Part shown: in pieces, positions 56,001-64,000 of the stretch
Numbering within the stretch: position 1 is the first letter of the stretch
How the letters are laid out: the number at the start of each line of letters is the position of its first letter
Assembly: GCF_964204645.1 (NCBI RefSeq)
Contig: NC_134029.1
Coordinates: forward strand, 2,356,001 to 2,420,000
DNA from: Tubulanus polymorphus
Lineage: Eukaryota > Animalia > Nemertea
DNA: 64,000 nucleotides
Direction of reading: 5' to 3'
Made by a program: the position numbers and the translations under genes
The notes under the pieces: model-generated
The model's database searches: none
Told to the model about the DNA's origin: nothing
Seen by the model: the letters and a program-made list of their open reading frames with translations, nothing else

Positions 56001-56319
56001 GTTTGAAACAAATGATACTGAAACATCGAGCTTTTAACGTCATTTATTAACGAGGAATCTGCATCCGAAAGCGAACGAGAAAAGTCTCTCATCTGCTGGA
56101 ACCTCAGTTCCACGGTTTAAACTTTACTCAGAGTCAACTCCTTGAAAATGAACTGGATTGTATCTGTTACTCGTGCAACTGGATCGAGTGTCTCCGCGTT
56201 AGCGTCGCTTGTAGAGACAGACTATATAAAGTTATTAGAACTTATCCGTTGATATCTTGATAGAAGGACTGTGTATTTACTCGTTAGAGTTCATGAAACA
56301 AGACGAATCAGTCAGACTG

Positions 56320-56556
<237 letters not shown>

Positions 56557-57492
56557 CTGACCTTTTACGATCTATTTCACTGCATAATGCAAGTTATACC
56601 TTTTCGGATTTGAATTATTGAAATGTCGTGTGGGTCGTGTCTCGATATCACAACAACCCTTACTATTCGATCGGATATCTTAAATATTCAACGGTGAACG
56701 TCGCGGGCATTCTCAACAATTCCGTTTAATTTCCATCCTAATACGCTTTCTACCGAACCGGGGTTGATTTTCAATAAATCAATTATCCGGTAAACCGTGC
56801 CTTTCAGCTATTAATGCGTCGGTCCACTATAAGATGACGTTGTTACATAGCTATCAAGTTGATTAAACGAATGAAATATTTACTTCACATTTCACCTACC
56901 CAACCTTTCTCATTCTCTAACTATAAAGCATAGTACATTACAGTTTAACAGCTACTGTTCCACGGCGTTTTTTAAACGTATCTATTATTCTTATAAATAA
57001 TGATTTCTCAATTTCTGAGGGTCATCCTCATTGTAACCAATTACTCTAGTTAATAGATATAGGTGAGTGAATGCGGGTCTGTATTCGAGATTGAAGAAAA
57101 TCCCACAATTAGACAGAATAGCTGGTGACGTTTCGACTCGATTTCAAATTTTCAGACTAAGTTTTGTAAATGGCTGAAAATACCACACGGATGTGTTCTT
57201 ATTGTACTCATACTATTGTTGCTGCTGCTGCGGCGGCAGCTACTGCTGCTGCTGCTGCTGATCAATTTCCAGCTTCTCAAGTTTAATGATGATGCATTTG
57301 TTATTTTCCGATACGAAGGTAATAAGAAATTGGGTGTGGACGTAAAATTTCTATTGCTTCTAATCCCGAAATCACAAACCAAGCGCACAGCATACATCAA
57401 CAAGATCGCTTTAGGGCTGATAGAAAAAATATACCACTTTCATCGTCATTTTCGACTTATTTTGTGAGTTGTTCGTTACCAAAATCTTATCA

Positions 57493-57600
57493 GGGCCCAT
57501 TGCACGAGTCTAAGACCATCTTAATTCTATCGCCAATCAAGACTATTAAGTCTTAAGATGTATGACCACTTATGGATCTCAGTCACTGTAACACGGGCCC
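57493..57600. mobile_element. ~108-bp MITE with GGGCCC termini
   Basis: Left GGGCCCATTGCACGAGT, right-end reverse complement GGGCCCGTGTTACAGT; internal taagac/gtctta sub-repeats. Confidence 0.55.
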
Positions 57601-58898
57601 ATAGGTCCTGAATACTGAAACAACAACAGAACAACTGAAGCAACGAATTTTTCCGATACCGGATAGAATTTGGTGGAAGGTAAAATGTGAGTAAATTTAA
57701 TCACATCATTAGAACTAATGACTGCGACTCTCTGTTAGTCTACTCGATAGCGTGCACGCGTGTAGGCTACCAATCGTTTTCAAGAGGTTTTCTCTCTTCA
57801 AGTCGCTCGGCGCTGTCGGTACTTCAATACCTCTCTTCGGTGCGTTGCATCTTCGCCAGTTAATTACTCTAGTTTTCTACTCTAGGTGACTGAATCCTTA
57901 TCATCCCCGGTATTTGTCTGTCTCGTCGTACGTACACAGAGAGTACCTCTCATTACTGGTTCCTCTCAGGTAAAATCGTAAAGAGTATCTCTTCTTCTTT
58001 AACGTGGCTTCTATCGCCGTTCGTTTCATGCATAATAACTAGAGAAATTACGTCCAATGTCCTTCTCTACTTCTCGACAGGAAATTATCTAATGCGTCGC
58101 GTACAATTTCCTCAATGAATGAATACATGAATGAATCGTGTCCTCTCTTAGAACCAACACGTTAACGTCGTTGTCCGCAGCTGCTGCTGTCGCTACTGCT
58201 ACTCAATCTGCTGCTGCTGTTGCTGGTGTAAGACATTTCTTTATTCATCTCTCATTCTTTTTTTCCTTGTTTACGCGTATTGTTTCCGTCTGGTCTCTTG
58301 TCGCTGCGGGGCGTAGTTTTTGTAGTTCAGTTTCCTGCCGGAATGGGTTCTTTATCTCTCATCCCGCTGAGCGCCACTCCGAGGCATCGGGCTTCATTTT
58401 TTTCCTTATAGATGGGGAGAAAGATTGCTGGTCATTCGAATTCTCTGATTTTTACTTCTACACTAAAATAATGAAAGCAATTACTATTTACAGCCTTCAC
58501 TCTCAGATGCCTCGGCATCAGTCGCCGCTTTAAGAAATTATACTGATTGAGTCTACAGTCATCACTCCCGCTACCTCTCACCCTCTCCCCTCCTCCTCTC
58601 CAGACTCAGCGATTTGTAATATTGAGTATCAGTGATATAATGCGTTGTAATACGATATATCGCTTAGTTTTAACCGTAATCACGGTTCACTTCGGATTCG
58701 TCTTGTCATCGATGTGAAGTAGTAACTTCATACCCTCTTAATTACTACTATTCCACTGACGAGTATTCGCACGTATGGTTTAGTTGGTCAATGGTTGCAA
58801 CGTCGTTTCCGCCGCCATATAGCTTGTGTGTGCGCGCCGGTACTACTGATGAAAAACTAAAACCTGGAAATTGTATCGTTTATGACGGACACCGTTTA

Positions 58899-59010
58899 GG
58901 TGCGCGCGTTCAGGTGTGCGTGCTCGGGTGAGCGCATTTAGGTGTGCGTGCTCGGGTGTGCGCGTTCAGGTGTGCGTGCTCGGGTGTGCGCATTCAGGTG
59001 TGCGTGTTCA
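58899..59010 (+). repeat. 14-bp minisatellite, 8 copies, alternating A/B units (28-bp higher-order repeat)
   Basis: GGTGTGCGCRTTCA alternating with GGTGTGCGTGCTCG. Confidence 0.92.
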
Positions 59011-59439
59011 GAATCACTTCCCAGTCAGCGCTCACATTTTATTCAATTAATGCTATCTGATTCACACAATAAAACAGAACATTCTATACATTTCTGACCG
59101 ATAAAATCGTCCATTCAGAGAGAGAGATAGAGAGAGGCAAAGAGAGAACGTTGCTTTATGCAGCCACGCGCAGTACCGCTGAGGAGTGCTGCCGGTATAA
59201 CCCTGAAAGTTTGATTAAAATGTCACATGAAACCCGGCGATGTCGCTAGAACCAGAAACAGCTCGTGTTTAATTTCGGCTGCTCGAGAAGAGATTGAATT
59301 GTCACGAGTTTAATACATTTCTCGGCCTCCTCCTCCTCATATAGCAAAATCGCCGAAGAAGAATCTTCGCAAAAATCACGACGTGACATTTATAAAGCAA
59401 TGCACTAGGGAAATCTCAGGCCACAATAGAAGCAGCTAC

Positions 59440-59885
59440 TGCAGTGACGGACGCTACTGCGGTGTTTAGAGATGCTCTTCAGATGAACCATCGACTCTAT
59501 TTTCGTTTTAAAGTCTTTCGTTTTCTAAGATATTCAAAAATATCTAGTACCATACGTTATTGTAGGCTGAAGAAAAGGGTTCAAATCAGTAAACATATAT
59601 ACAACAGCTTTCTTGCATCTAGACGCAATGAAATGAAAACCGGTAGCGGCTCCAGCTAGAATAGGGAAGAATGGGATTTGTCAGTATCATTGATGGGCAA
59701 CAATATGTCATTACATAGCGTAAAAAATGATAAGATTTAAACTGATTGTATATACCGTTACTAGATTCAAAACGAAATTTACACCTGACGAGGATCTCTA
59801 GCCGGAGTCAGAGTCGTGTTCTTGATGATTATTAATAAATAGAATCATTTTCAACCATTTGAATTTGTATGACTTGGTTTTCAGC
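59440..59885 (+). mobile_element. Decayed Penelope-like element 3' end (GIY-YIG C-terminal relic, hammerhead-like motif 59781-59819, AATAAA)
   Basis: TAVFRDALQMNHRLYF...RYCRLKKRVQISKH...NREEWDLS resembles SAVxEHxxxxxHxIDF...RxxKEAIxIxKH...NRDxGxxLS; then ACAC-CTGACGA-G-stem-AGAGTC-GTGT and aataaa at ~59834. Confidence 0.45.
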
Positions 59886-60681
59886 GACGAGCTGTGCAAA
59901 GCGTTTGTGAAATTTCAACGTTATTCGTATCCATATTTTGATCTACGAAGATCTTCGAATCGTTCCCTAGACCGTAAACAACTACAGGGGGAAATTAAAC
60001 CGCTTCTGTTCTCAGTTTTATATCTCCCGTTCGTGCAGTTTAGACAAACAGCACGTTGTTCAAAGTGTTACCGGAAAAATAAGTTTCTGACATTGTTCCT
60101 TAATGCGTCGAAACTGCCGTTAGTGTATACACAGTCTGCACAGAGTTCCCTATTCGCTACTTTTTGTTTGACGATATACATTTACTGAAGTCAACGATGT
60201 AATAAGCGGCATTAAAAGACCATTTGGAGAATTGATTCATCCCCAGAGATTCAAAGAAACATATCACATCTTGATCTGCGCGCGATCAGTTGTCGTTTTC
60301 CCCGAGCGTCGAACTTCGAGTCGTAGCCGAAATTTTATTAGTTTAGTTTCGAATCAGATCTTCTGTGTAAGGCGGAAACAGGATCCAGGGTTATTGGGAG
60401 TATAGTGAGGTAGAATACCGAGAGAGGGAGAGAAAGAGAGATCATTACAAATGTATTAGAGATCAAAATTGAACTTCTAAAAGTTCTCTGTTCTCCTCGT
60501 TGCAACGATGATATATGATAAAATATGATAAACCAACATTGCAACGAAAATGAGTCCGAAAAGTTTCCATGTAGTTTATTTAGACTCTACATCCCAACAG
60601 TCGTGTGGTCTGAGGATATGATATACGAGCTTTTGAAGTTTATTTCCATCTTTCTCCGCTCAAGTCACTAAATCATGCACT

Positions 60682-60958
60682 ATCATTTGTTTTCCCATTG
60701 TCTATTTGCAGGTACTAGAACCAGTACAGCGACTGTGGCCACTCGTTGTTACAGCGTGTGAAGTGTCTAGTAGTAAAATGGTCTTCCATTAATCGGACAG
60801 CTCATTTCCAATACTCGAGCTAGCAGACAGCATATTCTACCGGAAACGTCTCCCCACTAAAGGTTGCCAATAGCAGACGAATCTTCAGCAGATATCGGTG
60901 ATTTCTCTGGAGAGACTCACCGTTATAACACACACACACAGACGAAACATCGACAAAA
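60682..60958 (+). other. 3' splice acceptor and 5'-UTR portion of the protocadherin exon (exon starts ~60712)
   Basis: Pyrimidine-rich tract tttgttttcccattgtctatttgcag|G ending at 60711, 247 nt upstream of the ATG; implies upstream non-coding exon(s). Confidence 0.7.
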
Positions 60959-63730
60959 ATGGAGCCTAGATTTGCATTTCGAATAAAGCGTTATCTGACA
61001 GTGATTTTAGCGTCGGTCGTGATCCTGAATACGATGATCGTCAGACCGGCGTCGAGTGAGAATCCCGATATTGTTTTTACTCAAACCGAGGAATCTCAAC
61101 CTGGCACGTACGTCGGCGAGGTGTTGGGTAAAAGTAATCTGAAGAACAAATACAGCAATCTAGAAATTCGTAAGTTACGATTCAATTTCATGAATCCGAG
61201 CGACCCGGGAGTGAATTTCTTCAGCATTAGTCCGATCCGCGGGGAAATCATCACTTCACAAGTCATTGATCGTGACACGCTTTGCGACGTCGTCAGTACT
61301 TGTTGTCCCGATACGGATGGCTGCTACATCACTCTAATCGTCGGTGTAAGTCCTCAGGAATATTTCGCTTTATTCAACGTCAGAATTGACATCATCGACG
61401 TTAACGATAATAAGCCCGTATTTCCGGAGAGCTCGATCACCGTCAAAATATCGGAGTCAGCCGCCGTCAATACGACACTGTTGATACCGATCGCCTCCGA
61501 TTTGGATTCGGGAAAGAACGGAATCCGCCGATACAGGATACAATCCCCGTCGAACACGTTCGGGATTAAAGAATACAAAACCGACTCCGAGATTAGCGAC
61601 GTGGCGCTGATCAATTTGAGGAAACTGGATCGAGAAACTCAGTCGTTGTACGGAGTGAAGGTATTCGCCGTTGACGGAGGGATTCCTCAACAAACTGGTA
61701 CACTAGCCGTTAACATCGAGGTCACCGATGCCAATGATAATCGTCCCGTATTTCGTAATTCCGGTTACACGGTATCGATTCGTGAGAACGTCGCCGTTAA
61801 TTCGACTATTTTACAAATACAGGCAGACGATCCGGACGCCGGCGTCAATGGTAAAATTCAATTCTCGATCAGTAGAAGAGCGTCGGCTAAAGTTAAAGAC
61901 ACGTTCAAAATAAACCCGCAAACTGGATGGATTAAAGTCATACAACCCCTGAATTATGAAGGCACGAAGGTCTACCACATCCCGGTGGAAGCTAAAGATA
62001 AGGGACCGGGCAGTTTACCATCTAGAACAACCGTAGCCGTTCATATTATAGATGTTAACGACAATAGTCCGACTATACACGTGAATATGCTTTCAAAATC
62101 GGGTAAAGCCGAAGTGAAAGAATCGGAGAAAGCTGGAGAAATCGTCGCTCATATTCTCATACAAGACATCGATACAGGACAGAACGGCAAGGTATCCTGT
62201 TCCGTGGATAACTCTTACTTCCTGCTGATCAGGGAGACTAATATCAGTAATCAGGATGTTTACAGATTGATTACAGCTGCACCGTTGAATCGGGAAACTA
62301 CTCCCGAATACCTGGTCACAATCGTGTGTCAGGATATGGGTGAACCAAAACTAGAAAGTCGCGAAACATTCGCCGTGCGTTTACTCGACATCAACGATAA
62401 CGCGCCGGTGTTTACGAGACGTACTTACACAGCGACCACGACTGAAAATAACAAACTAGGCGTGTTCCTGTTACAGGTGCAAGCTGATGACCAGGACGTC
62501 GGTCTGGGCGGCTCCGTCAGATACGAGGTTGCACCGGACGGCGCCGGTCTCGTCACCGTAAACCAAGAGGGTGAGATATACGCGTCGACGGTATTCGACC
62601 GCGAACAGTACGACGAGATTATATTCCACGTGCTCGCTATCGATAACGGGGAGGTCCCTCTCAGCGCTACTGCCACCGTCATGCTCAGAATAGTCGATAA
62701 GAACGACAACGCTCCCTATTTCCTAGACGACTATACCTTCAACGTATCTGAGAACGCTTCACCGCAAGTGATCATCGGTAAGGTGGAAGCGCGAGATCAC
62801 GATTTGGGAAAAAATCAAGAAGTCGATTTTAGGCTGATAAATAACGAGAAGTCTGACGACGATGCGTCCGAATATTTCGAGGTGACGCGGAAAGGAATCG
62901 TGATGACGCGAAAACGACTGGACCGCGAACACAAACCCGAATATCACCTGATAATACAAGCCGTAGATCGTGGGGATAAACCGCAAACATCCACCACTAC
63001 TGTTAAAGTTAAAATCAACGATAAGAACGATAACTCGCCGGTCATACTGTTCCCTAGTCTTACTAATAATACAGTTTATATCTCGTATTTAGAGCACATC
63101 GCGCAGGCGTTTACGCGTATCAAAGCTTTCGATTCCGACATGGGTCGAAACGCCGAACTTACATACTACATCCAACGCGGCAACCAGAAAAACTTTTTCG
63201 CGATCGATGAACACACAGGAGTCATCAGAGTCAATAAACAGATGACTATGAGCGACGCCGGCGATTACAAACTGAATATCGAAGTGAAAGATAGAGGGCA
63301 TCCGGTTAAATATGTCCACGCGACCTTGACAATCGTCATCGACGGAACCGGAAAACCGATAACTATTACCGGTGCTTACATCGAAAAACAACCGAACAAT
63401 AAAAACTTGATAATCGTTATTTGTCTGGCGTCGGTATCCGGAGTTCTGGCTATCGTACTTATCATAGCTATCGTTTGTATTCGTAAAAAAGACATTCAGA
63501 ATCACAACTATAACGTGAAAACCGAAACTCAACGCATTTTCAATAATAAACGAAACAGCCCGACTAACAGTCACAATTCCACCGAGGATCTGAAATCGCC
63601 GTCGCCACCGCCGAAAAAAGAAGTCAGTTTCTCCATCGAGAATGACGACTTTGTCGAAAATAACCACAGCACGTTTAAATCGCCCAGAATCCAACAAAAC
63701 TGGAATCCAAACATGTCCACCACCTACGAG
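60959..63730 (+). CDS. Pcdh: Protocadherin (delta1-like, 7 cadherin repeats; PCDH1/7/9/11-like architecture), large first coding exon. The ORF reads on to a stop at 63754 if the donor is not used
   Basis: 931-aa ORF: hydrophobic signal peptide (~aa 1-33), seven EC repeats with xE, DxD, DRE/NYE/NRE and DxNDNxP motifs (DVNDNKP, DANDNRP, DVNDNSP, DINDNAP, DKNDNAP, DKNDNSP), Cys-loop in EC1, TM helix LIIVICLASVSGVLAIVLIIAIVCI (63407-63481), cytoplasmic KKEVSF. Strong donor GAG|GTAAGG at 63730/63731 in phase 0 (924 codons). The symbol is family-level only; the orthologue cannot be assigned. Confidence 0.95.
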
Positions 63731-63827
63731 GTAAGGACGTTTAGATATGTCTGACAAGGTGACCACCTTCTTTTTTATGTTCATTATTCGTGTTGTTGTT
63801 ATTAGAATTTTTTATTCTTTTATGTTT

Positions 63828-63833
63828 AATAAA
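63828..63833 (+). terminator. Candidate intronic polyadenylation signal for a short read-through isoform
   Basis: AATAAA 74 nt after the in-frame TGA (63752-63754), in T-rich context. Confidence 0.3.
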
Positions 63834-64000
63834 CTCCATTTTATCATCCACAACATGGACCTATTTTTGTTCCCTTCACGATTATTTTAAGACAGTTCTG
63901 TATCCACCATTACCGAGACAGTTATTAGATCCGTTATTGCCCTAACCCTAACCATATAATTAAGAGTCGAACTTCATTTTAATGCAAACCCAAACTGTGT

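Noticed and set aside
63665-63685. WIRS (WAVE-binding) motif at HSTFKS
   Set aside because: Lacks the bulky hydrophobic first residue of the consensus; a true WIRS may be in downstream exons.
61096-63784. Antisense and alternative-frame ORFs within the protocadherin exon (up to 231 aa)
   Set aside because: Shadow ORFs of a long coding exon; no recognisable motifs.
63939-63954. Telomeric (CCCTAA)n
   Set aside because: Only about two and a half units; not a telomere or a convincing interstitial array.

Overview
Eukaryotic (animal, most likely lophotrochozoan invertebrate) genomic DNA, AT-rich but not visibly CpG-depleted. The only convincing protein-coding sequence is one ~3-kb exon (candidate acceptor 60711/60712, ATG 60959, phase-0 donor after 63730). 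It encodes the signal peptide, seven cadherin repeats, transmembrane helix and proximal cytoplasmic tail of a delta1-like protocadherin. The preceding ~60 kb is non-coding, probably 5'-UTR introns and regulatory DNA. It holds long (GAGAGG)n and (CT)n/(CCCT)n tracts, minisatellites, decayed LINE 3' ends, an RT remnant, tRNA-derived SINE heads, short palindromic MITEs and Penelope-type minimal hammerhead-ribozyme relics. It also holds several CCAAT-box + palindrome (CRE/AP-1/E-box) modules and co-oriented CTCF-like motifs that may be alternative promoters. The main hypothesis is a multi-promoter and/or variable-exon protocadherin locus in an invertebrate. Constant exons or sister exons would lie outside the window, so this is unproven. 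All calls were made by eye, without database searches.
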